DNA of 63,910 bases, filler included, from Collodictyon triciliatum (Eukaryota): assembly GCA_043381765.1 (NCBI GenBank). It is 18 parts of 18 records of this genome, joined end to end, with 100 filler letters (N's around TTAATTAATTAA, not from the genome) between each part and the next. Parts side by side here need not be neighbours in the genome. Positions count along the whole stretch, not along the records: positions 21,973 to 25,529 come from JBHJMP010007143.1; positions 25,630 to 29,186 come from JBHJMP010007144.1; positions 29,287 to 32,840 come from JBHJMP010007145.1; positions 32,941 to 36,494 come from JBHJMP010007146.1; positions 36,595 to 40,148 come from JBHJMP010007147.1; positions 40,249 to 43,801 come from JBHJMP010007148.1; 12 more parts are not named here. One strand, given 5' to 3'. How positions within the stretch are numbered: the first letter of the stretch is position 1; the number at the start of each line of letters is the position of its first letter. Below are positions 25,320-40,400 of this stretch, piece by piece. A model generated the notes under the pieces. It was not told the DNA's origin and did not search any database. It worked only from the letters and a program-made list of their open reading frames with translations. The position numbers and the translations under genes were made by a program.

Positions 25320-25398
25320 CTTTTATTATAATTACATGATTAGCACGCTGCTATTTGAAGGATATATTCATTAATTGAGAGTGGTAATCAATTCAAAT

Positions 25399-25497
<99 letters not shown>

Positions 25498-26515
25498 GTT
25501 ACCTCTAAAAAGTTAATATGTGCTGAGTGNNNNNNNNNNNNNNNNNNNNNNNNNNNNNNNNNNNNNNNNNNNNTTAATTAATTAANNNNNNNNNNNNNNN
25601 NNNNNNNNNNNNNNNNNNNNNNNNNNNNNTTCTTTTTCTTTTTCTTTTTCTTTTTCTTTTTCTTTTTCTTTTTCTTTTTCTTTTTCTTTTTCTTTTTCTT
25701 TTTCTTTTTCTTTTTCTTTTTTTCTTTTTCTTTTCTTTTTCTTTTTTTTCTTTTTCTTTTTTTTCTTTTTCTTTTTCTTTTTCTTTTTTTCTTTTTCTTT
25801 TTTTCTTTTTCTTTTTCTTTTGACCCAAATCGAAGAACTTGAGACACCCACAACCAATACTCACTTGCTCGCACCTGTGTCATGCGTCTCAATCTGCTTG
25901 TTGGAGAATTATTTCCATTCTCTTGCATAATTTCCTATCAGTTGATTACACTGTGAAATAATCCTTTACAATATAACACGGACACTTTTGGATGATAACC
26001 TTTGCATTACTCAGAATGAGATGCAGAGGCGAAGTCAATCGTGATGCAGTTGTGGGAATAAGAAAAGAAATCATTCCGCTCCATACTGACGGGAAAGACA
26101 AAGGACTTTTTCTAACACATTTAGTCATTGCTTCGCACCTGCGGTATCGATTTGTTCTTGTCGATAGATGACGGATTTGGGACTCCACTGCGAGCATGAA
26201 AAAGAAAAGAGTTGAACAGGACGAGTTGTGTATAAAAGAAAAAAAAGGATGAGGAAGTAACTCGAGACAAAACCAACAAAGCAAAAGGTTCTGGACGCAG
26301 TGGTAGGGTGGAAGAAGGAGGAGGAGGAAAAAGAGAAGAAAAGAAAACGGGGAAAATAAACCAACAACTGTTAGGCAGCGAAGGATGAAGTCGCCATTCA
26401 AACTATGCTTTGACTTTGACGAGATTATTTGTGCCTCAGGCAGTTATAATTCTATTAAAAGAAGCCTGTTGTTGTTGTTAATGTTGTTTCAGGAGCGACT
26501 AGAAAAACAGCATTC

Positions 26516-28934
26516 CTAGTAATCACGACGGATGGAATGCAGGGTCACGCTCATCAATGAAATCGACTGCAGGACGTTGTGTATTTCAACACGATGTTCA
26601 TGGTGAGCATCCACAATTAATTATCGTCATATTTTTTTAAAAAAAAAAAAATGGTAAGATATTCATAAAATCGATAAATGTCATTTTGGTGTGTCCGAAG
26701 CATTTCATCGAGCAAAATTGCATGTCTAAAGTCGAAGTGAGATGTTACCGCTTGAGGTGTTGACTTCGGTCTGCTTGTGGGTTTGTAAGGGCTACCCAGA
26801 ATTTTGGCTTTTCTTGCGCTTTTATGAAGGTGATTTGAAATAAGGAGTATGCAATGAGATCACCAGTCAAGAATCAGATTTCTTAATTGAATAGGCATGG
26901 TTCATAAAAGTTAATCTGTCATATTCATTCCCTTTTTTTTTTTTCAGGCGACTTACTGGGCATCTTCTCTGTCCTTGATCAGTTTGCTATCATATAAAGT
27001 TCCCTTGTGTTCAGGGAATGGAGAGAGAGTTGCGTTGTATCCCTAGGAAAAGCGAGGACTATCAGGAGGATTAAATATGGTAGTAAATTCAAGAGAACCC
27101 ATCATATAGTAGAGATGATGTCCTGAATTCGACATGTTAATAGGAGATATATGTAAGCCCACAGTTTTCGGGGTTGCACTGGGAATAAACGGCGTTTTGA
27201 TTTCGGGTGCAGTTATAGGTCGTAATCGGGTTGGTGGTAGGGCTGTTGAGGAGAGATATCGTGTACAGTAATTTTTTTAAAAAAAAAAAAAAAGTTGAAT
27301 AGTAAGTAATATGTCTAGTATAGGTAAATAAATTATCAAGAGAATGACTGGTTACCGCTAATAATTTGGGATTTTGAGGGAAATCAACCATGACGAAAAA
27401 TAATTAAAGGCATATGTAAGGACTGTAATAAATTGGCTGTTTACGTCGGTCATTTGTGTAAACTTTCGATACAGCAACACTTGGTTGGCTATCAAAGAAG
27501 TCCACTGCGTGACTCATTGTTTTCAATGGGCCCCCGAGAACTTTTTTCTTATGTTCCTTCGCTTCTTCCTAGAGGTAGAAATGAAATTTGTTAACTAGAC
27601 TTATTCATATTTATTCATTTTTAAAATTATGGGGTAAAGTGGCATTCCCAGCTTAAGTTTATTGACTCTATTATCAGATCTTCATGTGCTTATCTGCTGT
27701 GTGGTGTGGATACTCTGAGATAGCGGTAAAACAACATTTATCCATGTCTATAAGAGTAATACTAAGGCGAATTGTCGGGCGCGGTTGTAATCATCCTCTG
27801 CATACTTTGGTGCCTGTCCTATTGTGGTTCCAGTATATCCGTACCCTCCTATGAAAATGTTGAAACCCCCATTTAATGGGTAAATTCGGCGTAATATAAT
27901 GAAGAAAACTCTTAATCAAAGTTCCTTTAAATTTCAAAGCAAAATATAATCAGAAAATGTTCTTATAAAAGCTTGTGGCAAATAATTGGTCACTATAGAT
28001 GTGATAATACACAAGCAGAGAACAATTGGCAAAAAAAAAAAAAAAAAAAAAAATGAAAGACCTTTTTTGGCGGGACTTGTCATGGGTTGACGTGGCTCTG
28101 GCACTTTCTTTTCCTTCGGTTCAAACCCATCAACAGAGTGAGTATATTGCGGCCCGATACATCCGAAGTGACTCCCAAGTCCACTCCTGAAAGTCCACAA
28201 ATGTTACCGATTAAGATTAAAAAAAATTATTTTCATATGATACTAAAATAAAAATCATAATCCTTGAAATCATGATTAGTATTGCAGGTCTGGGTCCTTA
28301 AATAAAAACCATCTCTTTGGTGGGGAGCTAGGCGTGAATCCATCATGCGACATATGCTTTTTCTTGGCTTCCAATTGGGTCTTCTTTTCCAGCGAGCCAG
28401 GTTCGATATATTTTTCATTCTCGAATAGAGGAAGAAAATCTCTCTTTGGTTGGTTCCAATTATCTCCAGTTTGTCCTCGCTTGATTTGGTTAGTCTGAAT
28501 TTGTTTGTGGATGTGTCTAGAATCAGGCTCTGTGGTTGTCAAAAAAAAAAAAACATTTTAGACAAAAAAAAAAGAAGAGGATGAAGCTGTCTGCCTCTAC
28601 GTTTCTTTGCTCAAATTATTAGTTCATTCACGTATGAGCGTTAGTATATGAAGGTTGTGACTAATAATCAATGAGTCAGCATGTTGGAAGAGAAGATCGG
28701 AGGATATGCTTTTCATTTTCTTAAGAAGGGTGGATCGAGACATAGACTTTGCTTCTCGCATGAAAATATCACTGTGGCATATTCTTTTGACGCGATCATT
28801 TTGTACGTACCAAGCTTTTTCATATAAGGGTCCCCCACGCCGATGGACACTGGGGTTGAGAAATATCCAAAGGACGGAATATCCCCACCCGGGGCAAAGC
28901 TTTGATCCGATTTGTTCCTTTTGTCTCCTCTCAT
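26516..28934 (-). CDS. CFAP96: Cilia- and flagella-associated protein 96 (C4orf47/UPF0602, DUF4586), apparently complete
   Basis: FGYFSTPVSIGVGDPY, KQIQTNQIKRGQTGD, FLPLFENEKYIEPG, FTPSSPPKR-SGLGSHFGCIG, TSPAKKGGYGYTGTTIG, YKPTSRPKSTPQ-SISLMSV; GT-AG exons. Confidence 0.85.
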
Positions 28935-29103
28935 ACCTACGCTAAGAGCGCCTCAAACCCCCTTTCAGTTAGTCCCAGAGAAGAAAAAGCAAGAAACAGG
29001 ACACGAATAAAACAAGAAAAGAATACAAGGCAAAGATTTGGGTTAATCATTCTTCAGAAATGAACATTCTCTAGGGAGGGGAAAGGCTACGCTCTAGTCG
29101 GCC

Positions 29104-29138
<35 letters not shown>

Positions 29139-29144
29139 CCCAAA

Positions 29145-29176
<32 letters not shown>

Positions 29177-29286
29177 TTCCTTATTCNNNNNNNNNNNNNN
29201 NNNNNNNNNNNNNNNNNNNNNNNNNNNNNNTTAATTAATTAANNNNNNNNNNNNNNNNNNNNNNNNNNNNNNNNNNNNNNNNNNNN

Positions 29287-29404
29287 CCTGTTTTTCTTTT
29301 CTATCTCCCACACATCCCCACCTACTTTGGAACTACTTGCCTGATGGTTGAATGAAAGATTGTTGAGACGGGCTCAACAGCTAAGACTTTTAGAATAAAA
29401 AAAA
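29287..29404 (+). mobile_element. Retroelement (LINE/SINE) 3' end, family C, with terminal stem-loop and poly-A
   Basis: TGTTGAG-ACGGG-CTCAACA hairpin (29361-29379), then GAATAAAAAAAA. Near-identical TSD-flanked copy at 58205-58262. Confidence 0.8.
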
Positions 29405-30985
29405 TATTATTTAATTATAGAACATCATATTTTAATGTGTAAAATCAGAAATGGGATTCTAAAAAACAAAAATTAGAAATTCCAGAATTAAAAGTTTTAC
29501 TTTGGAAAATATATAATATTTTTTTCTATATAAAAGCCTTTATTACAATACATATGAACATAAATATATATAAGAATAGTATATCGCATTATATCAAGAT
29601 TAAAAGTATTGCCATTTCGGGAAATCGTGTTGGGGGCTCTGCTTCGCCCGCTAATGCGCATGAAATTGTCCTGCTGAAAGTCTGTCGCATATTGCATATT
29701 GCACATTATATCCAAATAAAGAAACTTACAAGCGTGCTCGATTTATGCTGATGCGCTCGCACTAAAACCCTAGTGCTACAGGGTTGCCTAAAAGCCTCAG
29801 CAATTTACGGAACTTTTACTATTTATGAAGCTGTTCATTTATTATTCAGCGGAGGCGCGCGCTGGAAAGTCAAATTGGTGGCACGCGCACCTTTTGATAT
29901 TTTTCTCATTCTTTTTAGCTGATTTCGGCTAGCGCCGGGCGCCATGGGATGAGAACTAAGAATGTGCGCTTGAGTGCTGAATTCATGGAGTGATGTTGTT
30001 GTTCCAATTCACCTCTGCAAGCACTCGAAGAGGAGCGGCGAGGGAAGCCCACAGCAACCCGACCAAGCACACAACAGCCTTGTGACCCACTCCTGCCTTC
30101 AAGTTCTTTTTCTTTGGTATATCACATTGAGTGATATAGACGAGCGGTAAAATACAAAGGCCACAGGAACCTCCATGGTTGATCGGGTTTACTTGCATCT
30201 TTTCTTCTTATGGCCTTATTTGTGAGGGGGTAGTTCTTGAGACAAGTATTATATTGAAAGTTATCTAGTTTTGTGAGGGGGAGCTGAAAATATTCTTTGC
30301 CTGTAATTCATTGGTTTTGTCATTAAGGGAACCAAAATAATATCTGCCACCTACCTTTCCCATCACCGATTTTCATCTCTTGGGTAAACAACACTAATCC
30401 GTCCAAACCCTCTACACACATTCCAATCCGCTTTAATCATCAAGCATTTTACCTTTCACTACCTGAACACCTACTCGTCCAAGTAGGTTTCCAAAAAAAA
30501 AAAGCACAGCGTTCGTCTCGGGGGTTTCTCTTACCGACACCCACGCCTTGATTAGCGGCGGTGAGGTAATCTGTGATATTCCTGGAGACCCTTCGCTGCT
30601 GGCATGAATTCCCTAATTTCCAGAAATGGAATGAATTCGCGAACTAGAAAATTGTGAGTTTTGCATTCTCCGTTCTCTGCTATTGCCGCTTCCTTAGAAT
30701 TATCACAAACCATTTTAGGCAACTCACATACATACATACATACATACATACATACATACATACATACATACATACATACATACATACATACATACATACA
30801 TACATACATACATACCGTGATATGTACACAGATTTCGAATATCACATGCTTATTTAAATAAAGGAATTTTTTGGAATTTTTATTTTCATAAATCATTTGT
30901 TTCCCTCCTTTGAAACTATTGATATAAATACCGCCATTTAAATATGAATCTCGATTGATCTGATCGTAGGCGGAGACCTAGAATC

Positions 30986-32840
30986 ATGTCCACTTTCATT
31001 GGATTACTGGTGATTCTTTTGATAAGTTTTAGTTCCTTTTATGATAATTATTCATACGCTGCGTTCAGAAACTCAGCGGGTGCTCAGAAAAAAAACGACA
31101 GTGGTTATTTCCCATCGCCCATTTACCCAAACACCATGCGTCATCAATCTTCAAAAAATAGCTTTTACTCAGACCAATTACTCGATGACTATGAACATGA
31201 TTTTAACTCTACTGATGGTAAAACGGGAAACAAAGGAGTGAATCATTTATTCGACCGAGCCAAAATATATCACCAAAGTTCAAGAGAACAAGCGTTTGAT
31301 GTAATAGACCGAGGAAATTCAAGAGTGAATGAAGGAGACGTAGCAATTTTCGGGAACGCTGAATTCAAGAGGTTTAATTCAAAATTTAAGGTTAAGTCTC
31401 GAGTGAACTTACTTTCTACTTCAGAAGACATCGCGCTCATTTCACGAAAATTCTTGAAGCATTCGACCAATTCAATAACCAAATATCAAGAATTATTTTC
31501 ACTTGTTTCACACAAGAGTTTCAACGAATCACTAACTAGAGTAATGAAAAAGATGGTGAATAGGATACCAAAAGAGGACGAAATCAAGCTTCAAATTAAT
31601 CCTCAAAAACAGGCTCCTAGTGAAACAATAAGTCACTTATCAAGCCACTTATCAAGCCAAGTCCCAAGCCAAATCCCAAGTGCATTACCAAGTCAAGTCC
31701 CAAGCGAGATACCAACTCAAGTACCAAGTGAAATACCAAGTGAATTACCAAGTGAATTACCCAGTGAAGTACCAAGTCAAGTACCAAGTCAAGTACCGAG
31801 TGAAGTTCCAAGTCAAGTACCAAGTGAAGTTCCAAGTCAAGTACCAAGTGAATTACCTAGTGAAGTACCGAGTCAAGTACAAAGTGAAGTACCGAGTGAA
31901 GTTCCAAGTCAAGTACCAAGTGAAGAACCAAGTGAAGTCCCAAGTGAATTACCTAGTGAAGTACCAAGTGAAGTGCCAAGTGAAATACCAAGTGAAATAC
32001 CAAGTGAATTACCAAGTGAATTACCAAGTGAATTACCCAGTGAAGTACCAAGTCAAGTTCCAAGTCAAGTACCAAGTGAAATACCTAGTGAAGTACCAAG
32101 TGAAGTACCAAGTAAAGTACCAAGTGAAGTACCAAGTGAAATATCAAGTGAAGAACCAAGCGAAGTCCCAAGCGAGATACCAACTCAAGTACCAAGTGAA
32201 TTACCTAGTGAAGTTCCAAGTCAAGTATCAAGTCAAATACCAAGTGAAGTTCCAAGTCAAGTACCAAGTGAATTACCTAGTGAAGTACCAAGTGAAGTTC
32301 CAAGTCAAGTACCAAGTAATATATCAAGTGAAGTACCAAGTAAAATTCCAAATGAAATACATAGTGAATTACCTAGTGAAGTACCAAGTCAAGTACCGAG
32401 TGAAGTACCAACTGAAGTACCAAGTGAAGTACCAAGTGAAGTACCAAGTGAATTACCAAGTGAAATACCAAGTGAAATACCAAGTGAAATACCAAGTGAA
32501 ATACCAAGTGAATTACCAAGTGAATTACCAAGTGAAGTACCAAGTGAAGTACCAAGTGAAGTACCAAGTGAAGTACCAAGTCAAGTACCAAGTGAAGTAC
32601 CAAGTGAATTACCAAGTCAAGTACCAAGTGAAGTACCAAGTGAAGTACCAAGTGAAATACCAAGTGAAATACCAAGTGAAATACCAAGTGAAATACCAAG
32701 TGAAGTACCTAGTGAAGTACCTAGTGAAGTACCAAGTGAAATACCAAGTGAAGTACCAAGTGAAGTACCAAGTGAAGTACCAAGTGAAGTACCAAGTGAA
32801 GTACCAAGTGAAGTACCAAGTGAAGTACCAAGTGAAGTAC
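30986..32840 (+). CDS. Secreted/surface protein with long (P-S-E/Q-V/I/L)n mucin-like repeat (3' partial)
   Basis: Signal peptide MSTFIGLLVILLISFSS, about 200-aa unique region, then about 100 12-bp units to the contig end. Confidence 0.85.
31617..32840. repeat. 12-bp coding minisatellite (CCAAGTGAAGTA)n
   Basis: Seen directly. Confidence 0.95.
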
Positions 32841-32940
32841 NNNNNNNNNNNNNNNNNNNNNNNNNNNNNNNNNNNNNNNNNNNNTTAATTAATTAANNNN
32901 NNNNNNNNNNNNNNNNNNNNNNNNNNNNNNNNNNNNNNNN

Positions 32941-32976
<36 letters not shown>

Positions 32977-33920
32977 TTTTTCAAAAAAAAAAAAAAAAAA
33001 AAAAAAACGCAGTTAAATCGAACGAAATTATAAAAAAAAAGTTATAAAAAAAAGAAAAAGGAAAGAAGAGGAAGCCAAAGAGCAGAAAATGCAGCAAACA
33101 AAGCAAAAGTGTGCTCGGTGGTTAAATCTTTGTATATTCTCCAGAACTATGTTTGTGCGGACGTAGTCGTAGTAGGTCACGGCCGCCTCCGCTGTCATTG
33201 CACCGTCCTGAGCCGAGCCTATGTGAGTCGATAATTTCAGGTGAGTTGCAATATCAATCGCAATCACAGTCGTAGTCGTGCGCAAATCAGTGATGAAGAA
33301 AGAACTCTGCTTTGTGGGCCGCGTGGGTGAAGCGTTCTGCGAAGGGATTTCCGATGAGTCTCTGTAGCTTCGGCTTAAGCAGCAGTTTTGGCTTTGTTCA
33401 GATAACTTGGAGATTATATATTCCGGATTTGTAATTTATTTCTGGAATATATGTTATATCATCAAATTGCTGCTGGATTCGCTGGCTTGTGTGTTGCAAT
33501 CCCTCTCAAATTTATATGAATTGTAAGTACAATCCTGTGTGACTGGTTCGATTGATAATGAAGCCCATGAATGTCTGCGATGGCGATGTAGTTCATCCCA
33601 CGCAATAAAAAAATAAATTAAAATAAAATAAAATAAAATAAAATAAAATAAAATAAAATAAAATAAAATAAAATAAAATAAAATAAATATATGATAATGA
33701 TAAAGAACTCAAATGAAAAAGAAAAATAAATATTTGTGCGGCACTTCCATTTATTTGTCTTGCGACTCACCATATTCGCATAAAAAGATAGCTGTAGATG
33801 ATATAAAGAAAAAAAGAAAAAAAGAAAAAAAGAAAAAAAGAAAAAAAGAAAAAAAGAAAAAAAGAAACAAGAGAGAAAAGAAAAAAAGGAAAAAGAAAAA
33901 AAAAGGGTCGGTGGACTTGT

Positions 33921-35890
<1,970 letters not shown>

Positions 35891-36594
35891 CTAGATACAG
35901 AGTTAAATCAATATAAGTTTATCAGCAGGCAAAAGAATAACTCGGAGTTTGTGTGCTTGGTTCTGGTCAGGTGAAAAAAAAAAGAAAAAGAAAGAGGACA
36001 CGAAAGCGTGAAACAATAACAAAAGAACAGGACAAAAGTGAGGCAGAAGGTCTTCGCCTGAGCAAAACGTTGTTTCTTGATTCTGTTCTACATGCGAGTG
36101 GAAAGAATTGTCCCTTATGTTCTCTTCTATTTTTTTTTCAGGGGGCGAATCTCTGTGGCGTGTAAAGGGTGCAACCAAGTGACCAGGAACAGTACTTTAT
36201 TGGGGGAGAGCCTCGAGCGAGTGGCACTGTTTCCTGAATCTCCACAGTGTACTGCGACATTGAGTGGCGGACTTGTTGCTGGGCTGCGCAGTATTGTTAG
36301 CGATGTACTCGGCTCTTTCCCCTGTTTCTTTTCTTTTTTTCTTTGTCTTTTTCTCGTTCTTTCTGTTTTTTTTTATTTTTGCTTTTGCTTTTGCTTTTAT
36401 GTTTTTGTTTTTGTTTTTGTTTTTGTTTTTGTTTTTGTTTTTGTTTTTGTTTTTGTTTTTGTTTTTGTTTTTGTTTTTGTTTTTGTTTTTGTTTNNNNNN
36501 NNNNNNNNNNNNNNNNNNNNNNNNNNNNNNNNNNNNNNTTAATTAATTAANNNNNNNNNNNNNNNNNNNNNNNNNNNNNNNNNNNNNNNNNNNN

Positions 36595-36635
<41 letters not shown>

Positions 36636-36738
36636 AAGAAAAAAGAAGAAAAAAGAAGAAAAAAGAAGAAAAAAGAAGAAAAAAGAAGAAAAAGGAACCA
36701 GGGAAAGGCAGTTTACAATTTGCACTCTTGAATCTTAC

Positions 36739-37944
36739 AGGATTTGTTTCTCTTCTGAGCTTCTGGAGCCCAGAGCAGCTTGGTTTAATCTGACAATTGG
36801 CTCACACTTAAAGGTAGCTGTTGCCACCGGCGACCATTTTGCATGCTCCTTTCCAATACCCTACGATGGACATTGAGTGAATAATGTTTTTAAAAAATGT
36901 CACCACAATTTTAGAAAAGAAAGAACATTAGCTTCTCTTTTTTTAAGTATGTTTTTTTAAATATCTTTAAAGAATTCCAGCGCACTTATTCCGTGTGTAA
37001 AGCAACAGATATCTTAGTTATTAAAAAAAAAGTAAAAATTAAGATACCAGATGAGCCCTCGCAGTCAAGTGGAGCTTCTGACCCTCACGCATTTTGACAA
37101 TCACAATCGGATGTTCTGCTGATTTTCTCTGATCGACAGGAAGGACGCCAATATACTTTTCTCGAAGGTGTGTCGATGTTACATCATAGTGGTCGCTGGA
37201 ACCTTCAACATCGATGGTGAACTCTTGTGTGCATTTTTCACACCCATCTGCTTCGCAAGTACAGTCCTGCAGAATAAGATGGCACATTTTAGACTTCACA
37301 ATGCGATAGAAATCCAGGAAAGTTTCTTCCTGCCATAGCATTTTTTCTATAGGTAATATGCACTTTATTCACATATGAACCTACTTTCAGACATGTATAA
37401 AACAAATAAACAAATAAACAAACAAACAAACAAACAAATAAACAAACAAATAAACAAACAATCCAATATAATACAACTTTGCTGAAAATTACATAAGAAG
37501 CATATAGAATATATTTAAGACTTCAAGTTATAATCAGGCAGGTGGAAGAAGAAAAGAAAAGAAGAAAAATATCTAGTAGTTCGATAAACCCAGTATAGTA
37601 ATCTGAGTATACATCCATAAGAAGATGAAGAAGAAAAAAGCATATATCGGAGGGACTTGTGACAAAGCCTTGCATTACCGAAACACTACCTTGCGTGATC
37701 TGAAGTCTCTGGCTTCTCTGCAGTCCAGCGGAATCAGCCCAAGTCGATGGGCAATAAACTCGTCATTCAGAACTGTGGTGTTGTTGTGGAACTCGACAAT
37801 GTCGATGGCGATCGTCGGAACCTCTGCAATCATGATTCGACGCAGGGCATTCGCCATGCTCAGATCCGTGTTGGACAGTGTGAAGCAGATGTGCGAGTCG
37901 GTCAGCTCTGTGATTTCGATACTCGGACTCCGTGGATTCTGCAT
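36739..37944 (-). CDS. RPB3: RNA polymerase II subunit RPB3 (3' partial)
   Basis: [49 protein letters not shown] zinc loop, [11 protein letters not shown]. Confidence 0.96.
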
Positions 37945-38925
37945 CGTCTCTGCGCTTTGCGAGGTCCCCTTTAGTGTATAATATACACAATATAAAAACA
38001 AAACAATTAAAAAAAACAATAAAAACAAATAAAATAAAAATAATAACAATAAAACGATTAAAAACAATAAAAACAAATAAAATAAATAAATAAATAAATA
38101 ATAATAACAATAATAATAATAACGAAACAAGACAAGACAAAACAATAAAAACATATATAAAAAAAAACAATAAAAACAATAAAAACAAATAAAACAGTTA
38201 AAAAAACAATCAAAAAAAAACAGTGGGGGATTCTACCAAAGCAAAGAGGGAGAGGCTCAACGTTCTGGTAAGTTAAGTGAGTCGCAGAAGATCAATCACT
38301 GGCTCAGCCACTCAACCCTGGAGCTGTTACGCGTTTCCTCGGATTTTTGTAGTCTTCCTGCCTGGCAAACTCTGTATCATTGGATTAATCGCGCTGTGAT
38401 TATAAAGATGCACTGGTATAACGGCCCGATATCAGGAGCATTGTCGTGCAAATGTGCGAAGGTACCATATAAACACTCTTCTATATATATTTGTAATAAT
38501 ATTTAATTATATAGGGAATTCATTGGTTTATATATATGTTGATATAGATATACTTATAAATTCCATAATTGTCGATTATCTTTCTCTTTGGCATTCTCCC
38601 GCCTTTTCGGCTCTGCCTGGTTGTGTTTGATGGTTTGCACCATTTCCGTCAGGAGAACCTTGACAGAAACCCCAAAATGACACTCAAAGCCGAAGGAAAG
38701 AAAAAAGAAAATGGGAAAGAAACAAGGCCGGTTCTGTTGAGACACAAAGTATTTCGAGACCAAAGATGATTTTCTTTTTCTCTCGTTGCCCTCCGTCGCT
38801 GCCCCGTGCCTTTCGGATCCTTCCCATCCTTCTTCGCCTCTTCCTCTGCTTCATTCTCGCTTTCCTGCTTCTCCTACTCGCTCTCACTTTCTCTCCTGAC
38901 GCGCCTTTGTCTTATTCTCCGCAGA

Positions 38926-40007
<1,082 letters not shown>

Positions 40008-40400
40008 GTCATATTTCGGTCCACAGATCACTATTAAAATATGAATCAAAAAAGAAAAAAAGAAAAAAAGAAAAAAAGAAAAAAAGAAAAAAAGAAAAAA
40101 AGAAAAAAAGAAAAAAAGAAAAAAAGAAAAAAAAAAAAAAAAAAAAAANNNNNNNNNNNNNNNNNNNNNNNNNNNNNNNNNNNNNNNNNNNNTTAATTAA
40201 TTAANNNNNNNNNNNNNNNNNNNNNNNNNNNNNNNNNNNNNNNNNNNNGCCCGATTCAAATCCGAGTAGGCTTTGTCTAATCGTTGCAGTTTGTTTAGTG
40301 CGTTGTCCGTGTGCCGGGTAAGAAAGCGACCAACACCTCTGCTTGCTTTTCTAACATCAACAATCATACATTAGCCAAGAAATTTTATATAGGTTATAAT

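Noticed and set aside
29983..30198. Yip1-like fragment (CILPL..VVCLVGLLWASLAA)
   Set aside because: The similarity is too short and there is no supporting exon structure.
31617..32840. Long regular repeat as a possible CRISPR array, and the 402-aa YQVK ORF
   Set aside because: Contiguous 12-bp units with no spacers; the YQVK ORF is an alternative-frame shadow of the PSEV protein.
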